Positions 1-9,844 of a stretch of DNA of 64,000 nt are shown piece by piece. The stretch lies in IMG/VR virus record IMGVR_UViG_3300033049_000066, positions 124,001 through 188,000 of that record; one strand, 5' to 3'. The position numbers and the translations under genes were made by a program. How positions within the stretch are numbered: the first letter of the stretch is position 1; the number at the start of each line of letters is the position of its first letter. Below the pieces are notes generated by a model. The model had not been told where the DNA came from. It saw nothing but the letters and a program-made list of their open reading frames with translations, and made no database searches.

Positions 1-1
1 A

Positions 2-151
2 TTTGGCAAGTCCTTTAAGGTACGTGGCAAAACATTCACTATTGTTCGCATTAATCCAAAAGCAAAAGTTGGCGGTTACCCAATTATCGCTAAAAACGCA
101 AATGGCACATCTTATAAGTTTCCAGCATCATCAGCTATAGAGGCAGTATAA
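2..151 (+). CDS. 3' end of hypothetical phage protein (truncated by window edge)
   Basis: Open frame FGKSFKVRGK...AIEAV* ending just before ORF 153. Confidence 0.6.
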   Translation, partial: FGKSFKVRGKTFTIVRINPKAKVGGYPIIAKNANGTSYKFPASSAIEAV

Positions 152-152
152 C

Positions 153-581
153 ATGAAAGCGTACACTACACTTATCGCAAACGCCCTTTATTGTAACGAG
201 GAACGTGCTATTAACGTCGAGCGTTATATAAACGAAGGTAATATGATAAATTGGGCAGACGCAAGCGCCCAACTAATAAACACGATCGCTCGTGCTGTAA
301 ATGAAAAACTAATACGTGAGGTGGTCGCTCGCCCAGCAAGGAAAACAGCAACCACTTCGGCGCCATCGGCTGCGAGGAAGGCTAAAGCCGCGCCGAAAGC
401 CGCTAAGAAAGCGACAAAAACAGGCACGAAAATCGCACACGCTATGATAATTTACAAAGAAATGTTCGTAGATGGTACGCAGTGTAGTCGTCAGGACGTG
501 ATTAGCGCACTAACAAACAGCATGGGCATTTCGCGCCAGCAAGCTGCTGGCTATTACCAGACCTGCAAGAAGAGAGTATAA
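153..581 (+). CDS. Hypothetical protein with Ala/Lys-rich linker and C-terminal HTH-like segment
   Basis: ORF; AKAAPKAAKKAT linker; SRQDVISAL..GISRQQAAGYY. Confidence 0.6.
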   Translation: MKAYTTLIANALYCNEERAINVERYINEGNMINWADASAQLINTIARAVNEKLIREVVARPARKTATTSAPSAARKAKAAPKAAKKATKTGTKIAHAMIIYKEMFVDGTQCSRQDVISALTNSMGISRQQAAGYYQTCKKRV

Positions 582-1408
582 TGTTAAATAAAACAATAGC
601 AAAAACGCTTACAGCACGTTACACTCTGCCTAATCGTACATTTGGACTTGGTACTAGCAAGGCAACCAGCAACGAGTGTCGCTTCCGCAGGTTAGTCACG
701 AACATAATCGTTGGTGGCTCACTCGAGGAAAATGCACTAGCCGCCCAAGGAGATATATTTGAAAAATACAATGATTGCGAAGCGATTGCCGATGCAAGGC
801 TTGGCATACTCACAGCAATTTTACAAGCAAATGGTATAAGATTTGCGAAGCGTAAGGCAGAGTACCTTATACAAACTGCTATAAACATTATGCATCAGCA
901 CAAGGGACAAGTTCCGGACACTCGAGCGGCACTAGAGCGATTCCGTGGCGTTGGTCGACATGTTGCTAGCATCGTCTTAGCACTTGGATTTGGTCAAAAT
1001 CACTTCGCGGTTGATTTGCATGTAAAGCGGGTTGCGTATCGGTTAGGATTGGTGGGCAAAAAAGACTCAGAACGTGTAATTGAGAAGAAGCTTACCGAAG
1101 GGGTTGCTCCTGAGGATTGGGCAAAATACTCACGCGCATTTGTTGACTTCGGTAAAGAATTTTGTACAAAGACTCCAAATTGTAACAAATGCTTTCTGAA
1201 AAAGAAATGCGAAAAAGTCCAAGAACCCATTGCTACCGCTAAGAGTTCGGCGCAAGCAGTTAAAATTGGTGATGGCGTTTATAAAATTGTAGCAGGCAGT
1301 TCAGCAATTCCGTACAATGTTACAGTTAAACAAGGTGCAGTCTCGTGTAATTGCAAAGGCTACAGATTCCGTAGAACCTGCTCGCATCTTGCAGAAATTT
1401 CGCAATAA
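581..1408 (+). CDS. Endonuclease III-like HhH-GPD DNA glycosylase with Fe-S Cys cluster and C-terminal SWIM zinc finger
   Basis: HhH LERFRGVGRHVA, AVDLHVKRV, C-x5-C-x2-C-x5-C, SWIM CNC..CSH. Confidence 0.85.
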   Translation: MLNKTIAKTLTARYTLPNRTFGLGTSKATSNECRFRRLVTNIIVGGSLEENALAAQGDIFEKYNDCEAIADARLGILTAILQANGIRFAKRKAEYLIQTAINIMHQHKGQVPDTRAALERFRGVGRHVASIVLALGFGQNHFAVDLHVKRVAYRLGLVGKKDSERVIEKKLTEGVAPEDWAKYSRAFVDFGKEFCTKTPNCNKCFLKKKCEKVQEPIATAKSSAQAVKIGDGVYKIVAGSSAIPYNVTVKQGAVSCNCKGYRFRRTCSHLAEISQ

Positions 1409-1470
1409 TAGGTTGACACATAACACAAGTTCGTCTATAATACTATTATACAATACAGGATACAAGCACA

Positions 1471-1869
1471 ATGTCAACACCTAATCCAGAAATTGGGACA
1501 GTGATCACGCTTACAACTCGGTATTCGAACGAATACATGTTTGCGGATTCACAGTACAATGACACTACCTACGAAAATGTAACTGTATTGAGCCCAGAAC
1601 CATGGATGAAATCAGATCAAATAAAGATATCAAGTTGTACTGATCGGATGCCGTTCCGGGTTATTGCTATGAAAAATATTCATTCAATAGACAATACAGT
1701 AATTGAGTCATTTGTTTCCAGCATTAGAGAAATTCTAGTACAGGGTTCAAAAGATAATCAGTACACGGTTGTCGTAGATAACAGCATAGCAATATCATGT
1801 ACATGCCCAGGATACACATTCCGAGGTAAGTGTAAACATTTAACCGCAGCTGAACTAGAAGTAGCATGA
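1471..1869 (+). CDS. SWIM zinc-finger protein
   Basis: C-terminal SCTCPGYTFRGKCKH; own sigma70 promoter TTGACA-17-TATAAT at 1413-1441. Confidence 0.8.
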   Translation: MSTPNPEIGTVITLTTRYSNEYMFADSQYNDTTYENVTVLSPEPWMKSDQIKISSCTDRMPFRVIAMKNIHSIDNTVIESFVSSIREILVQGSKDNQYTVVVDNSIAISCTCPGYTFRGKCKHLTAAELEVA

Positions 1870-2049
1870 ATTCAGAGATTATCACAAAATGCAAGACTTT
1901 AGAAGCTCAAGTAATTATGTGTACCTTAAAAGGATTGAACACGAAAGCCATGTTATTACGCGGCATAATACAAGCTATTAAATATACACCCAAGAACGCA
2001 ACAGTAAACGCAACAGTAAACACAACAGTAAACCACCAGAGGAACTACA

Positions 2050-2277
2050 ATGGATACAATAAATCATAAGCTTGTTAATCACGTAACGCGACTTGAGGCG
2101 ATCGCATTTTGTCAAACAAATCGCGATAAATTCATTGAATTAGCTGGTGATGCCAAGGACGGATTATTGGAATTTAACGAATTAATTAACTTACTCGAAA
2201 ATGGTGAAATCACAGCTAAAGACTTGCCAGAATACTGTATGAGTGATCAAGAGCTTTCTGACAACGAAAGCTCTTGA
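2050..2277 (+). CDS. Hypothetical protein
   Basis: ORF with GAGG RBS. Confidence 0.55.
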   Translation: MDTINHKLVNHVTRLEAIAFCQTNRDKFIELAGDAKDGLLEFNELINLLENGEITAKDLPEYCMSDQELSDNESS

Positions 2278-2502
2278 ACTAATGTATAAGTACAATTGCT
2301 AGTCAACTAAGTTCAACGAGAATAAAATGAGAAAGTTAGTGAATGGATTAATACCGGCATTTACAGATTGCCCGTACAGGAAAGAGTGTGGCACTTATGG
2401 TAAGGAATTTTGTTTTCAAACTGGCATTAAGCACAAAACATCATATTCCTGTGGCATGGCCCGGGCATTTGATATATCCGAAAATCACAAACCTAAAACA
2501 AA

Positions 2503-2829
2503 ATGACACTAATGACATTGAATTCAAGGTACGTAGCAGATATAAGTTATTGGTTTTGGTATCGAGAATCATGGACAGCGATATTAACAGTAGTGGCGGA
2601 AATTTACGCCGAAACGTGGGATGATCCACCAGCAATTTGGAAGCTCAGAACTTGGTTTGAGCTTCTGTTGGTACCATTACTAGCAATCATCTTGATTTTA
2701 TTTGCAGGTGCGCCTATCTGCAAAAGAAACGCTATTCGGGCTGCTAAAGATCAACACGAGCTCCCAGTATACAACAAAAAGAATATTGAATATTTTACAA
2801 TGTTAAATCATCTATACGGAGTAGAATGA
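2503..2829 (+). CDS. Hypothetical membrane protein
   Basis: ORF with a hydrophobic helix, coupled to the next gene. Confidence 0.55.
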   Translation: MTLMTLNSRYVADISYWFWYRESWTAILTVVAEIYAETWDDPPAIWKLRTWFELLLVPLLAIILILFAGAPICKRNAIRAAKDQHELPVYNKKNIEYFTMLNHLYGVE

Positions 2830-3224
2830 TGACAGATACCATCCGAGTTGACCTCAGAACAAGAGGTTTCTTTGAAACATTTAACTATTATCCAGTAGGT
2901 ACTGAGGATCAAATTGAGCTTTACAACTTTTTCATTAAGGGTTGGGAACCGGGCAGTTTTCACCGTTCTATGTTCGCAAATGATTTATCTGGTGCGGCGT
3001 CACACTCACACGTCGGCAACTGCTGGGAAAATATCATGGCAGTTATGAAGTGGCTTAAGGCTTATGTGCCAGCTCAATATTGGGGCAATTCTGCTGCGAT
3101 CGATAATTGGCGACTCATTGGCAATGAAGCCCGGAAAAGAGTTTGCATTGATTTGGGCTGGGTATTAACAGACAAAGAGCTTGCCTGGGCAATGCTCAAC
3201 GAAAAGAAAGTGAATTATGATTAA
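2826..3224 (+). CDS. Hypothetical protein
   Basis: ORF; ATGA overlap with upstream gene. Confidence 0.7.
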   Translation: MMTDTIRVDLRTRGFFETFNYYPVGTEDQIELYNFFIKGWEPGSFHRSMFANDLSGAASHSHVGNCWENIMAVMKWLKAYVPAQYWGNSAAIDNWRLIGNEARKRVCIDLGWVLTDKELAWAMLNEKKVNYD

Positions 3225-3390
3225 ATACGGAAAATCAGAAATGGGCAATTTTACACACGTTCGTGGTGGCGGATTTTATTATTTTTCAATACCAACTCCA
3301 GCGGCGATGCCAGTTCTACCAAAACCATCAGCAAAGTTAGCGTGGACTAAATTAAACAACAGCAGCTGGGAAAAAAAGAGGGGACGGTGA
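3217..3390 (+). CDS. Small hypothetical protein (57 aa, below ORF-track cutoff)
   Basis: MIKYGKSEMG...LAWTKLNNSSWEKKRGR*, overlapping both neighbours. Confidence 0.5.
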   Translation: MIKYGKSEMGNFTHVRGGGFYYFSIPTPAAMPVLPKPSAKLAWTKLNNSSWEKKRGR

Positions 3391-3575
3391 TTATATTAAT
3401 TGTGTACGTGTTTGTTGGATTATTAATAGGCAATGCTGTATTCATTTATTCTATTTGGAATAAAGTACCCGGGGTTCTTGGATTTACTCTCCAGTGGTTG
3501 GCATGCGTCGGGCTAGGATTATTGTGGTTACCGGTCTGTAGCTATATTTTATATAATAGCAGTTGGAAAATTTAA
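3387..3575 (+). CDS. Small two-TM membrane protein
   Basis: Hydrophobic ORF; GTGA overlap. Confidence 0.5.
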   Translation: MIILIVYVFVGLLIGNAVFIYSIWNKVPGVLGFTLQWLACVGLGLLWLPVCSYILYNSSWKI

Positions 3576-3836
3576 AATTTAACAAAGATAGATATATACA
3601 ATTGTAAGGATTGTTAGGTATTGCCTAATCTGTAGTAAGCATTTATGGAACAAGTAATGATTCACAAATTTAAACCGTCTTCAGAAAAAAATGAAAAGAA
3701 AATTGAACTCCGATTTAGCCAGAGAAAATTAATAACAGTTATTAACTACCCAGATGCAGACCCAAGAGATCGCATAGCTGATGAATATGAAGAAGATGAA
3801 CAAATTGAATAAATATAGCTAACAAAGGAATTAAAT

Positions 3837-4628
3837 ATGAGATCAACAGAATTTATAAACGAAGGCGTCGATAGAAATATCGCGGATGTTAAAGAAAATC
3901 ATCCGGACGTATATGCACTACTAAGTAAAATACTTGGATCTACGACGCTTGAAAAAAGTACTGTTAGCTCGTTTGACGCTGCTGGCGCGCACCAAGTCTT
4001 GGTACAAATTAAACCGTCAGCAGGACTAATTAATGCAGAGGCCGGATTCTATTCCGCTGGGATCGAATACGAAATAAAAATTGGGCCGGCGTCGCAAGGT
4101 GGGCTGAAATTACTTTCAGGATCCAACGGAGACATGAGCTGGACGGTAAAAGACAGTGGCCGAATCGGCAATTTTACACAGACCTGGCAGTTTAGTATAG
4201 CGAAAACCAACACCAACGAAGAGCTGGTTAGCGCACAGTCGGTTTTCGCTTCAAACGCTTCAAATATACTAGGACAAGAAGGCATTACGTTTTACGAAAA
4301 ACCTAGCTATTGGTCGGACTTAGAACGCAAAGCACTTAGCAATGACGCATTAAGAACTGCCGAATTTGCACTTGAAGAGGAAGGCATTGAGTTAAAAGAA
4401 TACGATGCGTTTGAAATATTTGCGATTAATCCTAATCGCAAATCTTCGTATGTTAGAGGACCGTTGCAGTCCGTAGAAAATATGCCGCAAGAAAAAGTGT
4501 TTGTAATACATAATTTGCCGTACAGCGACGAGGAACCTTCAGTCACGTCCGACCCCAAGGTGGGAACATTCTTAGTTGATGCACACGGCGCACATAGTTA
4601 TATTAGATCGTGGATTTTAATAAAATGA
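3837..4628 (+). CDS. Putative internal virion protein with capsid-targeting-like N-terminus
   Basis: MRSTEFINE N-terminus; ATAAATA at 3809-3815; AAGGA RBS. Confidence 0.65.
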   Translation: MRSTEFINEGVDRNIADVKENHPDVYALLSKILGSTTLEKSTVSSFDAAGAHQVLVQIKPSAGLINAEAGFYSAGIEYEIKIGPASQGGLKLLSGSNGDMSWTVKDSGRIGNFTQTWQFSIAKTNTNEELVSAQSVFASNASNILGQEGITFYEKPSYWSDLERKALSNDALRTAEFALEEEGIELKEYDAFEIFAINPNRKSSYVRGPLQSVENMPQEKVFVIHNLPYSDEEPSVTSDPKVGTFLVDAHGAHSYIRSWILIK

Positions 4629-4930
4629 AAAAAATTATTGCTAGGCTGCTAACACTGCCGGGCAGCTTAGTTAGATTGCTAACAGTTAAGATGAAACGAT
4701 GGTTCATCACTAAATATTTTAAATAACGAGACACAAATGAGATCAACAGAATATTTAATGATTTTATTAAAACGGGAGAACAATGATGGCTAAGCAGAGA
4801 CGGATTAAGAATCCGGTGGCAAGATGTATGACGCAAGTTACCCAGGCCACAACGCACAAGGATAAGAAAAATGATTATAAACGTAAATCAAAACATGCAA
4901 AAAGGTCGCAAGACCTTTTTCATTATGTAT

Positions 4931-5203
4931 TTAATCTTGTTTCTTCGTTACCCAACTTCGACCAGTCTTTAAGTACCAATCAATCATCTTACCGGCCAGT
5001 CCAAACAATGCCGGAATTGTAACACCAGCAAATGCACTTACTTCTACAGATCGTTCAATAGCAGGTAAACTCATGTACCATGCTGAAATATCATATATAT
5101 AAAAACCTGTAAACCACAAAACTGCGATCAATATGCTACGTGGTATAATTCTATACGCATCAAGCAATTCGGCCCCGTTTAGCCACCCTTCTTTATTTTC
5201 CAT
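4931..5203 (-). CDS. Putative holin-like two-TM protein
   Basis: Two TM helices, basic C-terminus, directly downstream of the spanin pair. Confidence 0.5.
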   Translation of the reverse strand: MENKEGWLNGAELLDAYRIIPRSILIAVLWFTGFYIYDISAWYMSLPAIERSVEVSAFAGVTIPALFGLAGKMIDWYLKTGRSWVTKKQD

Positions 5204-5246
5204 GTTATCTCCCATAAACATTGTAACAATATTTATATGAAAGAAA

Positions 5247-5642
5247 TTATTTTATAACTTCGAGGTCACTATCTCGTTTTTCAACAGCAATATAATAGGT
5301 TTTATACGCTTTAATCACGGCATTAAGTTGCTTAATTAGTACCTGCTGATCGCTAATATTAAGTGATAATAATTCATAATCATCACCTGCGAGCCCAATA
5401 ATTGCAACTGGTTTACCTTGCTTGTGTAACTGGGCGAAGACTTGATTAACGTTATCTGCAGTTACAACGATCCATTTTAACTCACGATGCACGTACCGAT
5501 CAGGTTCGGGAAGGACAAGTGGAATACGTTCCACTGGTTCAGTTTTCACTAACAAATCACGTGTCCAGCTGCATCCAGACAGCATCATTATGATTAATAG
5601 TACAGAAAATAGGTTAGTAAATAGGTTAGTAAATAGTTTCAT
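5247..5642 (-). CDS. o-spanin (Rz1-like lipoprotein)
   Basis: Lipobox LSGC after hydrophobic signal; Pro-rich segment; overlaps the i-spanin stop. Confidence 0.75.
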   Translation of the reverse strand: MKLFTNLFTNLFSVLLIIMMLSGCSWTRDLLVKTEPVERIPLVLPEPDRYVHRELKWIVVTADNVNQVFAQLHKQGKPVAIIGLAGDDYELLSLNISDQQVLIKQLNAVIKAYKTYYIAVEKRDSDLEVIK

Positions 5643-6118
5643 AGCTTTGGTTTGTAGTTCGGGTTCGCGATGTTCGGACAACTAGAATTTGTTTGACTTT
5701 TCTTAGTCGCAGTTAATTCTTTAGCTGTTAGCTCAGAACCGCTCAATATTTCAAAACATCGTCCGACATCAGAGGTGCCCTTGTTGACAATTTTAGTGAT
5801 AAGTCCAGGCTTGTTCTCTGCGAGGTATGCGAGATCGTGCTTTGCTAATTTTGTACGGAGCGCGTTATTTTCTGATCTAGCATTTCTGAACTGCTTACTC
5901 ACTAGTAGTACCTGCCGACCGCTACGCACAGCATCTTTCTCCATTGTCGAGATGGTCGCTTTTTGTAGCGTGACAGCAGTGCCAAGGCGAGAATTATTAT
6001 CCCTGAGCGTCTTGATTTCATCTTGTGACCAGCTATAGTACCAATACGCGCCGCCGGCAGCAGAGAATAGAAATATAGCGAGCACACCGTATATATATAA
6101 TTTTGCAGATCCAATCAT
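5639..6118 (-). CDS. i-spanin (Rz-like)
   Basis: N-terminal TM followed by coiled coil; paired with downstream lipoprotein. Confidence 0.75.
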   Translation of the reverse strand: MIGSAKLYIYGVLAIFLFSAAGGAYWYYSWSQDEIKTLRDNNSRLGTAVTLQKATISTMEKDAVRSGRQVLLVSKQFRNARSENNALRTKLAKHDLAYLAENKPGLITKIVNKGTSDVGRCFEILSGSELTAKELTATKKSQTNSSCPNIANPNYKPKL

Positions 6119-6276
6119 AATATTATTTAGCCTATCTAATAGACACGATGCAATAAATATGCTATAATATATGTCTTCATAAATATTCTAAGTATTGTTA
6201 AACTCGGCGCCAGTTACTTGTAGGCGTACCAACTAACGAGGTGGGGTGGTTATCCAAAACCGTACAATACGAATAT

Positions 6277-6420
6277 AGTGCTATTAAATCTGCCGCCACA
6301 AAGACTAACATCCTCTTAGCGGATGGCGTTCAACCAAGCGGATCACGGGTGGTATCCGGTTAGTTTATTATTTAACATTTGCCATATAGCACTTAGAGTC
6401 AACTGCGTCGCAGTTGACTC
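6277..6420. ncRNA. Candidate structured ncRNA followed by a perfect 11-bp hairpin
   Basis: AGTGCTAT(6277)/ATAGCACT(6386), GACTAAC/GTTAGTT, CATCC/GGATG; GAGTCAACTGC-gtc-GCAGTTGACTC. Confidence 0.4.
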
Positions 6421-6445
6421 GACTTAATAACAGTAGGACAGTACA

Positions 6446-6670
6446 ATGAGAATAATAAATAAAATTAAGAAATTGTTAACTCGTAAGAAAAGTGCCGAAG
6501 CCTTAAAAATGTGGGAGGGCCTCTGTGCCGCTCCAACCGAACCTTCCAAATCACTGGACATTGACGTGGGGCATTATATGTCCTTGCAAACGCAACGTGA
6601 AAAAGATCAGTACTTCATTGATTTAAACAGACGGCGTAGCAAGGGATATGAATATGAAAAATTGCCATAA
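6446..6670 (+). CDS. Hypothetical protein
   Basis: ORF with AGGA RBS. Confidence 0.5.
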   Translation: MRIINKIKKLLTRKKSAEALKMWEGLCAAPTEPSKSLDIDVGHYMSLQTQREKDQYFIDLNRRRSKGYEYEKLP

Positions 6671-6678
6671 ATACAAAT

Positions 6679-7098
6679 ATGAGAGCACAAGAATTTATTA
6701 AAGAAGTACAATCACAAGGTGAGATTCGAGGCCTTGAGGCCGAGTTAGACAATATGTTTAAGACCCTCGGGCTGGATGTTGAGTTCACATCACACTTTGT
6801 TGAAAGATTACTAGGGCGTGAGAAGCAAGTCACTTACAATGAAATACTAGCTGCGTTCGCCAAGTTAAAAAAGAAATATAAAAGACAGCTTCTTAAAGCT
6901 AAAAAAATAGACATGGGCCCGGCCGCACTACAAGATCTTGACAGTGACTTAAACGTTTTATTTGCGATACAACCAGACAAAAAGAACAATGAGTACGACC
7001 TAGTCAACATCACGGTCAAGCGTAAGGATCCTGAGAAATTTCACACAGACACACCAAGTGGCAACGCGACACCATTTAAAGTTGGATCAAAGAAATGA
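6679..7098 (+). CDS. Putative internal virion protein with capsid-targeting-like N-terminus
   Basis: MRAQEFIKE; ATAAATA at 6667-6673. Confidence 0.7.
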   Translation: MRAQEFIKEVQSQGEIRGLEAELDNMFKTLGLDVEFTSHFVERLLGREKQVTYNEILAAFAKLKKKYKRQLLKAKKIDMGPAALQDLDSDLNVLFAIQPDKKNNEYDLVNITVKRKDPEKFHTDTPSGNATPFKVGSKK

Positions 7099-8057
7099 GA
7101 GCACAAGAATTTATTAAAGAAGGTGGCTGGTCATCTGTCACAACACAAGGCACAATTATCACACCACAAACGATTGCTAATAGCATTTCAGTAATGAAAT
7201 CATTTCAGGATTCATTTAATGAACTGTTGGCTAGTCAAGATATTCCACCAATTAAGATTGGTAATCCGGTCGGAAGTGGCACTTACTATAAACGTGACTT
7301 AGCTCAAAACCCAGACAAAGAGTACGGTGATATTGATGTTCAATTCATTCTGCCTCGCATAGAAGGAAAATCTACTAACCAAGCACAGCAGATGTATTTT
7401 AATGCTGTGAAAGAGTTCTGTCGACAAAATGCGAATTTCGAAACAGATAACGGAATGAACGTAATCTTCCAAATCGGTGATGATTTTATTCAAGTTGATC
7501 TCGTTGCGATATTTGACGATCGCTTGGAATTTACAAAGGCACTGGCGCCCGAACACGGTACAAAAGGCGTCTTGAGCGGTAGCTTGTATTCTGCGTTAGG
7601 GCAGGCTCTCGACATTAGTATAAGTGATGCTGGAATTCAAGGCAAAACTATAGATGATAAACTTGTAAGCTACCGTAAATCCAAGGGCACAACGCTCAAC
7701 ACAATCTCAACTGATCATCAAAATTGGGCGATGGATATCGCTAAATTCATGGGTGCGAAGACCGCATCCCCGCTGCTTAAAAAGTACCCTGGCATGAAGG
7801 ATGAGGTTCGCATAGCAGATATTGTCAAATCTGTCAAGGGAATTGCGCAGACATTAGCACAGAATCATATTTTGCCAGTGCCGTACTGGGACGCAGAAGA
7901 GCTGATACAAACAGTCCGTGATATTTATGTACAGAAAATCAACGCTGTGATCAACTCCTCCAAGTTCAACAAGGCTGAAGGCGCGGCAGTAGCAAAGGCC
8001 GCTAAGATCAAAGATATGCTAGCTACACGCAGCGCAGAAATCGCCAGCCTTTTCTAG
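7095..8057 (+). CDS. Pol-beta-superfamily nucleotidyltransferase with capsid-targeting-like N-terminus
   Basis: MRAQEFIKE; VGSG...YGDIDV...IQVDL motifs. Confidence 0.7.
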   Translation: MRAQEFIKEGGWSSVTTQGTIITPQTIANSISVMKSFQDSFNELLASQDIPPIKIGNPVGSGTYYKRDLAQNPDKEYGDIDVQFILPRIEGKSTNQAQQMYFNAVKEFCRQNANFETDNGMNVIFQIGDDFIQVDLVAIFDDRLEFTKALAPEHGTKGVLSGSLYSALGQALDISISDAGIQGKTIDDKLVSYRKSKGTTLNTISTDHQNWAMDIAKFMGAKTASPLLKKYPGMKDEVRIADIVKSVKGIAQTLAQNHILPVPYWDAEELIQTVRDIYVQKINAVINSSKFNKAEGAAVAKAAKIKDMLATRSAEIASLF

Positions 8058-8137
8058 TCACATTGCGCGATTTAAACCGCTTACAGACGCTTACAGCGCG
8101 TCAAATTCTCACGTAACCTATTGATTAAACTAAATTG

Positions 8138-8222
8138 TAAGTCATTGATTCTTGGGTAAAATAGAAGTTGACCTTTTGGGCTAAATGTTATATAATATAT
8201 AACAGTTCGGAAACGAGCAACA
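8138..8222 (+). promoter_or_regulatory. Repeated early promoter cassette (IHF box + TTGAC-17-TATAAT + conserved leader)
   Basis: TAAGTCATTGATT 8138-8150; TTGACC 8168; TATAAT 8191; AACAGTT..GCAA leader. Confidence 0.85.
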
Positions 8223-8225
8223 ATT

Positions 8226-8546
8226 ATGAATACAGTACAAAACACATTCGATCGCTTGAAGTACGACATCCAAGAAGATGATTATGGCAGCCGATATTGG
8301 TACATAAATGGTGAATTGCACAGAGAAGATGGGCCTGCTATTGAATTCGCAAATGGTGCTAAGTGGTGGTACAGAAATGGCAAATTACACAGAGAAGATG
8401 GCCCAGCAATTGAGTTTGCGGATGGCTCCAGGGCCTGGTACAGGCATGGCATAAGACACAGAGATGATGGACCGGCTGTTGAATATTCAGATGGCGAAAC
8501 ATACTGGTACATACACGGTGAGGGTCGCGGTGAGGAGGGACCTTAG
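8226..8546 (+). CDS. HR(E/D)DGPA-repeat protein
   Basis: About 23-aa repeats WYxNGxLHREDGPAIE. Confidence 0.85.
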   Translation: MNTVQNTFDRLKYDIQEDDYGSRYWYINGELHREDGPAIEFANGAKWWYRNGKLHREDGPAIEFADGSRAWYRHGIRHRDDGPAVEYSDGETYWYIHGEGRGEEGP

Positions 8547-8554
8547 ATATTTAC

Positions 8555-8640
8555 TAAGTCATTGATTCTTGGGTAAAATAGAGGTTGACCTTTGGCGCTA
8601 TATGTCATATAATATATATAACAGTTAGATAACAAGCAAA
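8555..8640 (+). promoter_or_regulatory. Repeated early promoter cassette
   Basis: IHF box 8555; TTGACC 8585; TATAAT 8608. Confidence 0.85.
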
Positions 8641-8659
8641 CAAACAATCAGGTGGTATT

Positions 8660-8863
8660 ATGAACAAATTGTTATTAATCGGGTTAGGCACTACGTTGTT
8701 AATTGGATGGAGTGACTGGGCAGTATCAGCACCGTTAATTGACCAGCATCCACTTGAGCTTATTTCTGAAGAAGAATGTGCTGAGCGACGAGCCGAGCGT
8801 GATCGTATGCAGGCACACGAAAAACAAGAATCAGTTGCGTTTTTTAAGAGATGGGAAATATAA
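8660..8863 (+). CDS. Small secreted or membrane hypothetical protein
   Basis: Signal-like N-terminus behind promoter. Confidence 0.55.
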   Translation: MNKLLLIGLGTTLLIGWSDWAVSAPLIDQHPLELISEEECAERRAERDRMQAHEKQESVAFFKRWEI

Positions 8864-8922
8864 AGGTAGACATCCTGCTCGTAGTCCTGTATAATATAAT
8901 ATTATCAGTTTACGGAATTAAA

Positions 8923-9171
8923 ATGAGTTATTATTTTGAAATATTGGACGCAGGTGCTCGCTATTTTTCATTACCGGCGGGATATTATGTAAGTAATACT
9001 AAACGAATGGGCGGCCGACAACAACATTTAACACAAGCAGCTAACAGAATTTGGGAACAACAAGAAGCTGGTGTACGTTACGTAAAGAATCGAGCAGGTC
9101 CGTCTAAGGACGTTGATATGAAAGAATTTATGTGGATTGCATTACGTGCGGTGGAGATCGATAAATTATGA
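8923..9171 (+). CDS. Hypothetical protein
   Basis: Start moved to MSYYF, behind a TAGACA-TATAAT promoter. Confidence 0.6.
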   Translation: MSYYFEILDAGARYFSLPAGYYVSNTKRMGGRQQHLTQAANRIWEQQEAGVRYVKNRAGPSKDVDMKEFMWIALRAVEIDKL

Positions 9172-9340
9172 AAAAATTTCTATTTAACCTCGGCCTTATC
9201 CTTGGTGTGATTTATATAATACTACTTGGTCTGCTTGTGGGTTTAAATGGCCAAAGTTATAACTTCAACGACACAAATTTACTAATTAACGATGGCAGAT
9301 TCCATTTTTCAGAACCAACTAACAATTCGGAGATAAACAA

Positions 9341-9844
9341 ATGAGAGCATATTTTTTCGGAAACATGTACCTGTCTAGCATTCAGCAAGGACTGCAATCG
9401 GCACACGTCGTGGGTGATATGGCTGCGAAGTACCGCCCTAATCAATTTGGATCCACTGACCAATCTAAAATATTTTATGACTGGGCAGAGCACCACAAGA
9501 CGATAATTTTGCTGGATGCTGGCTACGGTGAAGCGATACATGATCTTCATGAATTTTTCAAGCTAGGTGAGAACGATCTGTATCCATATGCTATGTTCAA
9601 TGAAAGTGATGCGGCACTAGATGGCGCAGCTACATGCGTTGGCATAGTGCTAACAGACCGTATGGTAGAAGGTCTGGTAGCTTGGAGAAAGGTAAGAAAT
9701 CGTCCGAAATCACCGCGTACTGCACTTGACCGGCTTGTTCAGGAAGCAGACGGAATCCTTGTAATCGACAAGATAGAAACTCAGTACACTAAATGGGAAA
9801 TTGAGCTCATGTCTCGAATAAGTAAATTTGGGCTGGCACGATAA
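9341..9844 (+). CDS. Pth2-like peptidyl-tRNA hydrolase fold protein
   Basis: GLQSAHVV, KTIILL, FNESD..LDGAATCVG pattern of phage Pth2-like proteins. Confidence 0.55.
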   Translation: MRAYFFGNMYLSSIQQGLQSAHVVGDMAAKYRPNQFGSTDQSKIFYDWAEHHKTIILLDAGYGEAIHDLHEFFKLGENDLYPYAMFNESDAALDGAATCVGIVLTDRMVEGLVAWRKVRNRPKSPRTALDRLVQEADGILVIDKIETQYTKWEIELMSRISKFGLAR

